A DNA stretch of 64,000 nucleotides from a virus. Location: the IMG/VR virus record IMGVR_UViG_3300046463_000247, positions 34,046 to 98,045 of that record. One strand, given 5' to 3'. A model generated the notes under the pieces. That model was not told the DNA's origin. It did not search any database and worked only from the letters and a program-made list of their open reading frames with translations. Both the position numbers and the translations under genes were made by a program. Positions 1 to 9,699 of this stretch are shown here, one piece after another (positions within the stretch are counted from its first letter, which is position 1; each line of letters begins with the position of its first letter).

Positions 1-1473
1 CTTGATCGAGAGCCGCGCCGACGCGATGCTCGTGATGGTCTTCGCCACCCAGTTGATGCCATCGGTCGAGTACGCCGAAATGGTGCTGGAGTTGGTCTGA
101 ACTGCCGCGATCCACACGCCGTTACCGTAGGCGATGCAGGAGACCTGGCCCACGGGCAGCACGCCGGTCGAGACCATCTGCCAGTTTGCACCATCGGTCG
201 AGCTATACAGGTTGCCGCCGCTGTCACCCACCACGAACAGACCATTGCCGAAAGCGATCTTGCCCATCGTCAGGGACGACGCGGAGGTCGGCACCTTGGC
301 GAGCTTCCAAGTCACGCCGTCCGGCGAGTAGTACACCCCGTAGAGCGGTGCGCTGGTGCCGTAGGAGGCGACGTACACGCCATTGCCGTATGCAATGTCC
401 GTGGGGTAGCCCGCCGACGCGATGATCGAATCGTAGCGCGTGAAGTCGAGCGTCTGGGACACGCCGATACCCATCAGCACGTACACACCGGCTGCGTACA
501 GGCCAGTCACGCCATTTCCGCCGTCTAGGCGTCCCGTGGCGATAGAAACGGCTACCGGCGCGACCGTAGCATTGGCCTGATAGTAGAACGCCTGCCCGAT
601 CAATCCGAAGATCAGGCGACCGTTGACCAGCGCCGCACCCGTCAGCGATGTGGTCGGCGCATTCGATGCCATTGCCGTCCAGGTCAGCCCGCCATCGGTC
701 GAGTACGACGAGGTGTTCGCGCCAGCCACGCGGATATGTGCCGGGCCGGGCACACCGTTCATCGCGCCGAACAGCATGAGTCCGGTCGTGCTGCCGTTCG
801 TGGAGCCGTTGGGTGCGGTCTGCGAGGTCCAGGTGATGCCATCGGTCGAGCGGAACGCCGTCGTGCCGTTACCGCTTGCCGCGAACGCACCATTACCGAA
901 GCGGCAGGTGCCGTAGTTGGCGGACGGGAAGGCGCGTTGGGTCCACGTCACGAGGTCGGGGCTCGTGTAGTAGGCCGTGTTGACACTCCCGGCGAACATC
1001 AGGTACAGGCCGTTGCCGAAGTCAATCGAGCCAATCGCTGCCGCCGTCAGGTTCTGGTTAGCCTTCAGCGTCCAGTTGATGCCGTCCGTGGACGTGTACA
1101 CCGCGCCGGTCTTCGTGAGCGCGACGAACTGGTTATTCAGGTACTGCACGTCGCAGAAGTCCACGACGACGCCGGACAGCGCCGACTTGCTCCAGTTCAG
1201 GAAGTCGGTAGAGTAGGCGATCAGGCCGGACCTGCCCACGGCGACCGCGACGCCATTGCCATAGGCCGAGCCCGTAAAGATCGCACCGAACTGCCACGAC
1301 AGGCTCCAGTCGGAGAAGCCGTTGCGCTGGCCCATGCTGATCCCGAAGCGCGTCGGCACCACCGGGTCAGGCACCACGCGGTAGGCGGTGTCCGCCCCCG
1401 GCAGGTTGGCGAGCGCCGTGGCGACGCCGGTCGGGGCGAACGTCGAGAATGCTTCTGCCATCAGAATGGACAT
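1..1473 (-). CDS. Tail fibre / receptor-binding protein with beta-propeller (Asp-box-like SxDGxxW) repeats, 3'-truncated by the window edge
   Basis: Not in the ORF track because there is no stop in the window. Read manually from ATG at 1473 with AAGGAG SD: MSILMAEAF..., with repeated YSTDGxxW/TSTDGINW/YGNGV motifs; lies at the end of the tail cluster. Confidence 0.75.
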   Translation of the reverse strand, partial: MSILMAEAFSTFAPTGVATALANLPGADTAYRVVPDPVVPTRFGISMGQRNGFSDWSLSWQFGAIFTGSAYGNGVAVAVGRSGLIAYSTDFLNWSKSALSGVVVDFCDVQYLNNQFVALTKTGAVYTSTDGINWTLKANQNLTAAAIGSIDFGNGLYLMFAGSVNTAYYTSPDLVTWTQRAFPSANYGTCRFGNGAFAASGNGTTAFRSTDGITWTSQTAPNGSTNGSTTGLMLFGAMNGVPGPAHIRVAGANTSSYSTDGGLTWTAMASNAPTTSLTGAALVNGRLIFGLIGQAFYYQANATVAPVAVSIATGRLDGGNGVTGLYAAGVYVLMGIGVSQTLDFTRYDSIIASAGYPTDIAYGNGVYVASYGTSAPLYGVYYSPDGVTWKLAKVPTSASSLTMGKIAFGNGLFVVGDSGGNLYSSTDGANWQMVSTGVLPVGQVSCIAYGNGVWIAAVQTNSSTISAYSTDGINWVAKTITSIASARLSIK

Positions 1474-1482
1474 GGAGGCTCC

Positions 1483-2520
1483 TTAGCGCGCGGCGATGCC
1501 GAAAGTGGTGGACTCGACCTTGTTCCGGTCCCATGCCACCGCACCCGGGGCCTGTTCGAAAATGGCCTGCTGGAAGGCGTACGAGGTCGTCAGCGGAATA
1601 TCGACTTCCTGGGTAGTCGTATCCACGGTCATCACGAGGCCAATCGAGCGCGCGTCGAGGTCGCCCTTTTTCGCGTAGCTGACGAGGGCCACGGCGAACA
1701 CCTGGTTGTTGTCAGGTAGCACCGCGTTCGAGCGGAACAGGTCGGTCGTGCCCGCGACGTTGGTCTGGAGGAACACAGTCGGGTCGGCGGTGGCCGGACG
1801 CCCAGCAATCGTGTAGTGCGCCGGAGCGCCACCCTGACCTACCACGTTCCACGCGGCGGCAACGTCAGAGGTCGGGAAGCGCGTCGTGATCTGCACCGGG
1901 GACAGGCGGTCGTTGAGCCCGCCCGGCGAGTTGGAGCCGTCGATCAGGTAGAGGTCGTCAATCCACTGGGTCGTAGCGACGGTCGCAGCTTCAGACTGAC
2001 CCAGCGTAAGCACGTACGTCGTGTACGAGCCTGCGGGCAGGCCCACGGTGGCTTCGAGCGTGTCGTTCGCGAACAGCTTGATCTGGTTCAGCGTCTTGTC
2101 GATCACGATCTCGAAGTAGTACCACGCGTCGAGAATGAACACGTCCTGCGAGATCGCCGTGGCCTGTCCGGCGACCAGACTTAGCTTGCCGGTCGTCGTG
2201 TCCCACATCACGTCCACGAGGTTTTCGATCCGCGCCACGCGGGTGCGACCACCGCTGGTTTTCTGCGCGAAGCCGAAGACCACCTTGGGGTCGTTGGAGA
2301 CGAGGTTCGCCGAGAACGACGGGTTCACGGCACCGCCGTTGACGCCCATCGTCATCTTCATGGCGAGCGAGCCCGGTAGGCGACCGTCGTCCAGTGCAAA
2401 GGTCGTGCTGGAGAAGTTGCGCAGCGTGTAGCCAGCGGCTTGCAGCGCATTCGAGATATTGGTGACGGTATCGGCCTTCGTTCCGTAGTGGTCGAAGCCG
2501 TCCATGTTTTTAAGTGCCAT
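1483..2520 (-). CDS. Chi-like tail fibre/tip-associated protein (paralogue of 2549..3553)
   Basis: Starts MALKNMDGFDHY; shares WYYFE, P(V/M)QITTR(F/L)P, AVxLxxxAKK and FGxxxR motifs with its neighbour; tail context. Confidence 0.7.
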   Translation of the reverse strand: MALKNMDGFDHYGTKADTVTNISNALQAAGYTLRNFSSTTFALDDGRLPGSLAMKMTMGVNGGAVNPSFSANLVSNDPKVVFGFAQKTSGGRTRVARIENLVDVMWDTTTGKLSLVAGQATAISQDVFILDAWYYFEIVIDKTLNQIKLFANDTLEATVGLPAGSYTTYVLTLGQSEAATVATTQWIDDLYLIDGSNSPGGLNDRLSPVQITTRFPTSDVAAAWNVVGQGGAPAHYTIAGRPATADPTVFLQTNVAGTTDLFRSNAVLPDNNQVFAVALVSYAKKGDLDARSIGLVMTVDTTTQEVDIPLTTSYAFQQAIFEQAPGAVAWDRNKVESTTFGIAAR

Positions 2521-2548
2521 GCTTACCCCTGTGCAATTGATTGCAAAA

Positions 2549-3553
2549 TTACGGACGCACCACCACGCCGAACGGCAGGTTCTCTGCATCGTCCAGTGTC
2601 CAGTCCCCGCCGCCCGGAGCCTTGTCGTAGAAGGCGTAGTACATGGCCCAGTCCGTACTCAGGGTCGGTTGCACCACTTCCAGTTGCGCGCCGGGTCCGC
2701 CGAACACCATGCCCAGCTTGCGGTTGTCGATGTCAGTCTTCTTCGCCTGGGCGATCAGGCCCACGGCCAGCACCTGCGAGCCATCGGGCAGGGCAGCGGA
2801 CGACGAGAAGAGGTCCATCGCGCCGCTCACGCCAGACTGGATGTACTTGCTGCCGTCAGCGGGCAGGGAGTTCACCATCTTGTAGTGATCGCTGCCGGTG
2901 GACGGGCTCCATACCGGGGGCGCGCTGCCGCCCGAGATCACATAGTCCGCGTCAGGCAGGCGCGTCGTGATCTGCATCGGGTGCATGCGGCTGTTGATGC
3001 CCGAGGACGCGTCGCACGTGTAGAAGTCGGTGTAGCGCAGTTCGGTCGCCTTGGTCGCGTCGTACGCGCCGTTCGGAGCCAGCACCAGGTCATACGAGGT
3101 CTGCGCGGCAATCGCCGGATCGAGGTCAGCGGATACGTCTAGCGAGTCGTTGACGTAAATGTTCAGCTTCTTGTTCGCGCGGTCCACTTCCAGTTCGTAG
3201 TAGTACCAGACGTTGCGCGCTGGGATCGCCGTGCCGTTGACGCTGCCAACCGAGATTCCGGCGTGCCAGTCGAGTTTGACGCCCGCGATGCTCGCGATAG
3301 GCGCGCGCTCGGTGCCCTTGAACGCGAAGCCCACCCAGAACATGTTGGCGTTGGTGTTGATGGTGCGCCGCACGCCGGGCGCTGCCGCAGCCGTCGCCTG
3401 CTGGAAGGTGAGCGCGGTCGAGTTTGCGATGCGCCCCGGCTGAAGCGCGACGTTCGGCACCGGGTTGACCCAGCCCGCATTTGCCAGCGCAATCGCCAAA
3501 TTCGAAGCGGAGAGCCCATTGAACTGGGCAAAGCCATCCATGTGGAGAATCAT
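2549..3553 (-). CDS. Chi-like tail fibre/tip-associated protein
   Basis: MILHMDGF N-terminus; paralogous to 1483..2520; tail context. Confidence 0.7.
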   Translation of the reverse strand: MILHMDGFAQFNGLSASNLAIALANAGWVNPVPNVALQPGRIANSTALTFQQATAAAAPGVRRTINTNANMFWVGFAFKGTERAPIASIAGVKLDWHAGISVGSVNGTAIPARNVWYYYELEVDRANKKLNIYVNDSLDVSADLDPAIAAQTSYDLVLAPNGAYDATKATELRYTDFYTCDASSGINSRMHPMQITTRLPDADYVISGGSAPPVWSPSTGSDHYKMVNSLPADGSKYIQSGVSGAMDLFSSSAALPDGSQVLAVGLIAQAKKTDIDNRKLGMVFGGPGAQLEVVQPTLSTDWAMYYAFYDKAPGGGDWTLDDAENLPFGVVVRP

Positions 3554-3556
3554 CTG

Positions 3557-4291
3557 TTACCCCAGCAGCGTAAGCCGCAAATTGATGCCGATATTCTGAA
3601 AACTGTCCGGGATTTCGTTCGGACAAAGCAGGCTGAGTGCGTCACCCAATGCGAAGACCGTCGAGGTCGCCACGGAGAAGACGCCATTCACCCCATCCTT
3701 CGGGAAGGTGATCGTGCCGACCTTCACCAGCGCCCGCTCAATCGTGATGATCACGTCATCTTCTACGAGCGGTTGCATCAAAATTGCGGCCGATCCCTGC
3801 GCATTGGGCGGCAGTATAGCGGGTTGCAAGTTCGGAATAAACATAATCCGCTCGCCCGGATTCGGCTTAAACATGGCCGAACAGCCGTACTGGAGATAGT
3901 GATTCTGGGCGGGCGGGCCGGTCTGATCGACGGGCGCTCCGGTGCCTGCATCGAGCCACGCCTTGCCGTCGAACCACACCAGCTTGTCGTCCAGCGTCTT
4001 GACACGGAACTGCCACCCGTAGGACGGTTTGAAGAACTTCCACTGGCCTTCGATCTTCACCGCGACTTCGAGGTCATGGCCGGACCACGCCTGCACGGAG
4101 TTCGGCGCACAGATGAAGCGGTCCCCTTCGAGCGCGGTCTGCGGCGGCTGCGCGAGCGTGATCGACTGCACCGCGCCGTGTAGCAGGGTGTCGATCTTGA
4201 CCATGTTCTCGGTCATCGGCCCACCCCAACCGTTTTCCCCCGTGACCCAACCTTCGGACAAGCCTAGGTTGGGCGCTTTCTTTTCTGGCAT
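3557..4291 (-). CDS. DUF2793-domain tail protein
   Basis: PP...EGDRFI...AWSGHD..VAV...GQWKFFKP..GW motif typical of DUF2793; position after the tail tip. Confidence 0.7.
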   Translation of the reverse strand: MPEKKAPNLGLSEGWVTGENGWGGPMTENMVKIDTLLHGAVQSITLAQPPQTALEGDRFICAPNSVQAWSGHDLEVAVKIEGQWKFFKPSYGWQFRVKTLDDKLVWFDGKAWLDAGTGAPVDQTGPPAQNHYLQYGCSAMFKPNPGERIMFIPNLQPAILPPNAQGSAAILMQPLVEDDVIITIERALVKVGTITFPKDGVNGVFSVATSTVFALGDALSLLCPNEIPDSFQNIGINLRLTLLG

Positions 4292-7200
4292 TTAAGGCTC
4301 CGTTGGGTTTTCTACAAAAGGTTCGCCCTTATCCCACCCGCGCGACCAGTTCAGACCCCAGCCATACTCCTGCGGGGGCAGTCCACCGCCACCGTTACCG
4401 GAGCCCGGGTCACCGTCAGGTGGCGGGTTGTGCGGGTCAGCCGGGTTGTTCTCGTCGGGCGGCGTATTGCTCGTGCTGTCCGGGTTGTGCGGGTCCGGCG
4501 TGCCGGGGCTCGGGTTGCTGCCTGGCGGGCCGGGCGGCGGGTAGGGCGGCGGTGCGGTCGGGTACGACGGCCACGGCCCGCTCGAACTGGGCTCCTGACC
4601 AGGAGGCGTCTGGTACGGACCGACCACGAACACCCACATGTCGTACGGTTGCCAGCATTCGATGCCGTCGCGGATCGACTCCAGCCGCAGCAGCAACGCG
4701 TGGTTGTCGTCCAGATTGGGCTTGGGCGAGATCGCCATCCCGTTCTTGACCAGGTTGTCGTAGTCGATCTGGATCGCCGCGCGCCGGTCGTAGTAGGCCG
4801 CGTCGAACGCGTACTCCATGCTGTGCCCGGTCAGCCCGGCATAGGTGCGTAGCGTGATCAGCCCGGTCGGCCCCTGCGTCATCACGCGCACGCGGTAGGT
4901 CGTGCCGTTCTCTTCAGCCACGTCCGGGTCGGTGTGGCCGTAGGGCGTCATCTGCTGGGTAATGCGGTTGCGGCCCACCCAGGACAGCGTGATACCGCCG
5001 TCGCTGATGACTGCGCTGTCGAACCACGGGCGCGGACCCTGCGTGCCGTCCTTCATCGAGCGCTGGCCGCTCACCACCACCTGCGCGGGCGGGTAGGGGC
5101 GGGTCTGGCGCGCGCTCGCGATCACGAGGATGCGGGTGTCCGACTGGGGCACCGTCATACCGGGAAGGTCGGGCATGAACGCGAGGTACACCTTGTCCTC
5201 GAAGTAGTGCGCCTTGCCGTCGTCCGCCCAGTTGCAGATTGTCTGCCAGCGCCAGGCGAGCGTACCCGCGCCGTGGATCGCCGGGATCGTGTCGTAGCAG
5301 CCACGCTGAATGCCCACCACGCCGTGCGCGGGGTCCACCGACGTGATCACGACAAGCTCCAGCCCGAGGAACAGCATGTCGCCGACTGCCCAGCCGGTGC
5401 CCGCGAGGGTCGGGCAGTACATGAAGGCGTCCAGTTGCTTGATGTTCTGGCGTATCGGCACACCGTCCTGCCGGAACACCAGCGGGTAGCCTTCGACCTT
5501 GGCGACGCCGGTCGTGAACGGGTACGACGCGTCACTGGTGACGAACTGCTTGGTCCCGTCCGTGTAGGCCAGCTTGTAGCCGGGGCAGGGGTACTTGCGG
5601 TCGTTGATCGAGTTGGTGCCGATGTACGAGATACGCGGGTTAGCCAGCCGCAGCGTGTCCGCCGCGCCGGAGATCGACGCGAGCGGGGCGTAGGGAATCT
5701 CGTAGGCGATGGCCGTCTGGTTGTAGCGCAGCCCCGGTGAGCCGGGCACGGGTTGGCCGTCCCACAGCGAGGGGTCCACGAGGACGATGGCGGTGCGGTA
5801 GGGCTGGTAGCTCTCGTAGCCGTCCGGGCTCACGGTCGTCAGTTCGACCTGCACGACCTGCGGCGTGTGGTAGTCCACGCCATTCGGGCCGGGGTACTTC
5901 TCGCACAGCATCTTCTGGTCAAGCTGCGCCTGGTACGCCGAATAGAAGTAGAACGGGTCGGTGCCCTGGTAGTCTGCCAGTACGTCGTCGCCCGCCTTCA
6001 TGGTGAGCCGGTAGAAGCAGCCGGGCTCCAGATTGCAATCAGTTGCAAAATGGTCCACCACCGTCGTCGCCTGGGACAGCCGGTCACGGGGCTCCCACGT
6101 GAAGATCGTGTCGTAACCCTTCTGCACGTTCGCGCCGACAAACCACGGGTTATCGTTGATGCGGAACAGACCGGGCGGGTAGGGCCGGTGGCTGCGCGCT
6201 TCGATCAGTTCCGGCATGACGCCGGTCTCGTACACCTGCTGCTGATGCGCGATCAGGTCGGTATTGACGGTCTGGTCTTCGAGGTAGTTGCGCCCGTCAC
6301 TGCCCAGCGCGTTGCGCTCGAAGAACCACATGGTCGTGCCGCTCGCGTGCGACGCCGGGATCGTGTCGAGACAGCCGCGCTTGAGCTTGATCGAGCCGTG
6401 CGCGAAGTCGATGTCCACCACCTGCACGACTTCCGCATTACGCCCGTTACTGGCTTCCGAGAGCATCGCCAGCGCGCCCGGCTTCATGCCGCCCAGTGAC
6501 GTGCCGTCGCGGAAATAGACCTGCGTGTCGAATGGCTTGATGTCCTTGGGGATCAGCGCGCCGCTCTGGTTGTACGTCGGGGGCCAGCCGGTGACCGTCG
6601 CAGCCGGGGCGAACGTCGCGGTGGCCCGCTCCCGTAAAGTCTCACCTGAGCCCTGCACCGCTGTTGCCACGCCGTAGTCGGAGCCCGTGATGGTCTTCGG
6701 GTCGCGCAGCATCGCCGTGCCCACCTGATACGAGAGGTCAGCGCGTCCCGCCGCCAGAGCGCTGTAGTAGGCCCACTCGTAGATAAAACCTGCGGATAGT
6801 CGCGTCTGGTTGTCCGGGGCATCGGGCGGCACAATCAGGCCACCGTCATCCCACTGGGCGGGACTCGCCAATATCCGCATTAGCTGTTTTGCTTGCATCT
6901 GGTCCAGTGTGATCGTGAACGGCATGCTGTAGCCCTGCCAGGACTCCCAGCCGTCACGCACCGAATACAGCGCCACCCCGAGACCGTGGCTCGTGCCCGG
7001 CTCGGTGATGTTCGACCGGAACCAGTCGTACGGCAGTTCGAAGTGGTTGTCGGTCGTGGAGAACGACGCGAACTTGACCCCGTTCGAACCGTACAGGTCG
7101 ATCACGTACTGCACGCCCGCTTCCGGCCCGATGTCGCCCATCAGGTGATCAATCACCTTGTCATTCTGGCCGACCCGATCCCGGTGCGCCCACGTGAGGT

Positions 7201-7672
7201 TCAGGCCCGTGGTATCCCCGCTGCCACCGACAATCGCGCCCGCATAGAACGGGTTGCCGTTGATCTTCACGTTGCCCGGCGCGTACGGGCGCACAAACCG
7301 CGCGTCGAACGTGACACCGTAGACCGGCGATTCATCCATCGGGAGTTTGTTGCTCGTCGTGCGCGGCAGCACCTTCACGGCGATGCTTTCACCCTGGGCA
7401 TATTCCCGGCTGTCCGTGCCGATGTAGTCCTGGTAGAACCAGATTTGAGCGGAGCGGGTCCAGCGCTGGGGCACCGTGTCAAGGCACCCCCGCGCGATGG
7501 TGAGAATCCCCGTGTCGGGGTTCCACCCGTCCACCCGTACGATCTCAGCGTTGCGCGCCGCGCCGATCATGGCCGCGTGCCCCACTGCGATGTTTTCGGG
7601 GTTGGCGATACTCGACAGGCTGATCGTCGTATCCAGCCAGTAAATATCGCGGTTTAGAACGGCATTAGCCAC
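4292..7672 (-). CDS. Central tail tip/fibre protein, C-terminal part, with three tandem domain repeats and a Pro-rich tail
   Basis: Three copies of RGC(L/Y)DT(V/I)P...RPY(A/P)P...W..R.R...E(S/C)(W/Y)Q; PPPYPPPGPP linker; YGWGLNW C-terminus. Confidence 0.75.
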   Translation of the reverse strand: MANAVLNRDIYWLDTTISLSSIANPENIAVGHAAMIGAARNAEIVRVDGWNPDTGILTIARGCLDTVPQRWTRSAQIWFYQDYIGTDSREYAQGESIAVKVLPRTTSNKLPMDESPVYGVTFDARFVRPYAPGNVKINGNPFYAGAIVGGSGDTTGLNLTWAHRDRVGQNDKVIDHLMGDIGPEAGVQYVIDLYGSNGVKFASFSTTDNHFELPYDWFRSNITEPGTSHGLGVALYSVRDGWESWQGYSMPFTITLDQMQAKQLMRILASPAQWDDGGLIVPPDAPDNQTRLSAGFIYEWAYYSALAAGRADLSYQVGTAMLRDPKTITGSDYGVATAVQGSGETLRERATATFAPAATVTGWPPTYNQSGALIPKDIKPFDTQVYFRDGTSLGGMKPGALAMLSEASNGRNAEVVQVVDIDFAHGSIKLKRGCLDTIPASHASGTTMWFFERNALGSDGRNYLEDQTVNTDLIAHQQQVYETGVMPELIEARSHRPYPPGLFRINDNPWFVGANVQKGYDTIFTWEPRDRLSQATTVVDHFATDCNLEPGCFYRLTMKAGDDVLADYQGTDPFYFYSAYQAQLDQKMLCEKYPGPNGVDYHTPQVVQVELTTVSPDGYESYQPYRTAIVLVDPSLWDGQPVPGSPGLRYNQTAIAYEIPYAPLASISGAADTLRLANPRISYIGTNSINDRKYPCPGYKLAYTDGTKQFVTSDASYPFTTGVAKVEGYPLVFRQDGVPIRQNIKQLDAFMYCPTLAGTGWAVGDMLFLGLELVVITSVDPAHGVVGIQRGCYDTIPAIHGAGTLAWRWQTICNWADDGKAHYFEDKVYLAFMPDLPGMTVPQSDTRILVIASARQTRPYPPAQVVVSGQRSMKDGTQGPRPWFDSAVISDGGITLSWVGRNRITQQMTPYGHTDPDVAEENGTTYRVRVMTQGPTGLITLRTYAGLTGHSMEYAFDAAYYDRRAAIQIDYDNLVKNGMAISPKPNLDDNHALLLRLESIRDGIECWQPYDMWVFVVGPYQTPPGQEPSSSGPWPSYPTAPPPYPPPGPPGSNPSPGTPDPHNPDSTSNTPPDENNPADPHNPPPDGDPGSGNGGGGLPPQEYGWGLNWSRGWDKGEPFVENPTEP

Positions 7673-9188
7673 TTATCGTCCCATCCATCGTTGCTCGCGG
7701 AGCAAAGGCACCCTGCCCGCGTTCGGTGTAGCTGGTTTCTCCAGCCGCTTGTACTGCAATCTTGTAGTTCAGTGTGTTCGCAGACGGCGACAGCGCGGAC
7801 ACGCCGAGGTAGCACGAGGTGTCGCTGATCGTGTTGAACACGGCGGGTTGCAGGTTGTGTCGCAGGTCCGCATACGGCACCTCGAAGGCCATGAACTCTG
7901 CCGGTTTGGCGATAGGGTCAGGCGGTGACCAGTCCGGCTGCTGCGGCACCACGAAGGCGGTCTTCGGCATGCCAAACACGTCCTGCACGGCGGTGATCGT
8001 GATCGTGCCGTCCTGCACGGTGCCATCGTCAATCTTGCCAACGCGCAGGATCATTTCGCCGACGCCCCGGAACGGGTCGGCAATCCTGAAGACGCCCGCA
8101 GGCGGAATCTTCCAGCCACGGCGGTCGAGCTTGACGGTCAGCCGCTTCAGGCCCGGCGCGTTGGTGCGCAGGTCCCGCTGGGCCAGCCGGGTCGCCAGTT
8201 CGGCGGTTGGCACGCCTGCATAGGTCTTCTGGGTCGAGACGATCTGCCCGCCTGACTGCACCATTGCGAGGTTCTGCACGCGTACCTGGCGGTCGCTATC
8301 GGTGATCGGGTCGTGGTACGTGACGATGATCTCGTTCGCCCCGCCCGGAATGGTCGCGGTATTGAACTCGTCAATCGACAGCAGGCCCGAGTTGTAGTCG
8401 AACAGCGGCAGCGTCGCTGGGTCGTAGTCGTCTCGGATCAGCGCCAGCGTGATCTCGCCGGACGCGCGGTCGCCGTACAGCGCCCCGCCGCACATGTCGA
8501 GCACGGTCTGGATGAAGTTGCCGATGGAGTCGGAGCGGGTCCAGCGCATGCACAGTCCCAGACCCTCGTCGTACAGCTTGTCCGCGCAGTCGAGGAATGA
8601 CTGGTTGTTGATCAGCGACGCGGGCAGGCCCCGGCCCCACTCCTGGTTGGTCAGGCACTCATAGATGATGTGGGCGGGGTTCATCGCCATGATCTTGTTC
8701 AGGTCGAGGTGACCTTCCCACCCTGCCCCGCTCGTCGTCTTGCCCTTCTGGTCGAGCCAGATGATTGCCTTGGTGACGTTCCACGGCTCGTCGTTCATCC
8801 ACCCTTTCAGCGCGCGGCGCATACGGAACGCCCACGGCTTCGGGTACGGGTTCATCGCGCAGACTTCGCCGTCGAAGACGACCGTATAGACGCCACGGAA
8901 GGCGGGCAGCACCTTGCCGATCAGCCCTTGCAGCCAGCCGTTCACGCCCTGGGCCGCTTCGCCGCACATGACGGTCAGCTTGCCCTTGATGCCGCCCTCG
9001 CCGGAGTCGCCGCCGAACAGGTCGCCCTTGTCGATGTTGATGTCGCCGTTGTCGCGCAGCGAGCCGGTGAACAGCAGCTTGTCGCCGACCTTGATCTGGC
9101 AAACCTCGTCCAATGGACCTCGCGCCAGGCCCATGTGCATCGTCATGTAGTAACGATACCCAATTGTGGGATCAAACCCGCATGCCAT
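7665..9188 (-). CDS. Central tail tip protein (gpJ/Phage-tail_3-like), N-terminal part
   Basis: GYRYY...GLARGPLDE, LFGG..GEGG, PAFRG, MNPAHIIYECLTN.EWGRG motifs of Chi/D3112-type tail tips. Confidence 0.8.
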   Translation of the reverse strand: MACGFDPTIGYRYYMTMHMGLARGPLDEVCQIKVGDKLLFTGSLRDNGDINIDKGDLFGGDSGEGGIKGKLTVMCGEAAQGVNGWLQGLIGKVLPAFRGVYTVVFDGEVCAMNPYPKPWAFRMRRALKGWMNDEPWNVTKAIIWLDQKGKTTSGAGWEGHLDLNKIMAMNPAHIIYECLTNQEWGRGLPASLINNQSFLDCADKLYDEGLGLCMRWTRSDSIGNFIQTVLDMCGGALYGDRASGEITLALIRDDYDPATLPLFDYNSGLLSIDEFNTATIPGGANEIIVTYHDPITDSDRQVRVQNLAMVQSGGQIVSTQKTYAGVPTAELATRLAQRDLRTNAPGLKRLTVKLDRRGWKIPPAGVFRIADPFRGVGEMILRVGKIDDGTVQDGTITITAVQDVFGMPKTAFVVPQQPDWSPPDPIAKPAEFMAFEVPYADLRHNLQPAVFNTISDTSCYLGVSALSPSANTLNYKIAVQAAGETSYTERGQGAFAPRATMDGTISG

Positions 9189-9435
9189 CCTGTACTCCCT
9201 GTTCAGCGGCTGCGCGGGCCGTTGCAATCAATTGCAAAGCCAGCACGTCCTTCGTCTTGTCCAAAATCTCGGATGCCATCACGCCCCGCTGCACGAACTT
9301 CCGCCAGTCGAGCCCGCGCTGTTCCGCCCACTGCCTGCCGCCTGAGACACATACCTTCTGCCCGCCGATGCGCACCATGCGCATGTGCGTCGTGGTGACC
9401 AGCACGTCTTCGAGCCCATCCTGAGCCAGTGCCAT
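9172..9435 (-). CDS. Small Chi-like tail assembly protein
   Basis: C..G.R.W....GLDW..FV..G motif; conserved position before the tip gene. Confidence 0.65.
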   Translation of the reverse strand: MALAQDGLEDVLVTTTHMRMVRIGGQKVCVSGGRQWAEQRGLDWRKFVQRGVMASEILDKTKDVLALQLIATARAAAEQGVQDGMRV

Positions 9436-9447
9436 TGCGCCCTCCCC

Positions 9448-9687
9448 TTACTTCTTGCCGCCAGAAGACTTCACCTCGGACGTGCGGAAGTTGCCATACC
9501 ACAGCACCATCCAGTCCGCCGAGTTGCAGTCTCCGAAGACGACGCACTGCGGCGTGCCTTCCTGCGGCTGCGGCAGCGAGAAGTCCTGAAGCGAGGCGGG
9601 CTTGGGCTCGGCGGGCTTCGGCTGAAGTGCCACCGACAGCACCATGCACACGACCATAATCGCTAGGTAAATCAGGATAACTGGCAT
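9448..9687 (-). CDS. Small tail assembly protein
   Basis: Hydrophobic N-terminus then P...EG.P..VVFG...VLWYG...SGGKK motif. Confidence 0.7.
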   Translation of the reverse strand: MPVILIYLAIMVVCMVLSVALQPKPAEPKPASLQDFSLPQPQEGTPQCVVFGDCNSADWMVLWYGNFRTSEVKSSGGKK

Positions 9688-9699
9688 GTTCTTAGATCC

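Noticed and set aside
1-9188. Diversity-generating retroelement or invertible tail-fibre cassette
   Set aside because: No reverse transcriptase or invertase, and no near-identical template/variable repeats were seen; the paralogy is old and at protein level only.
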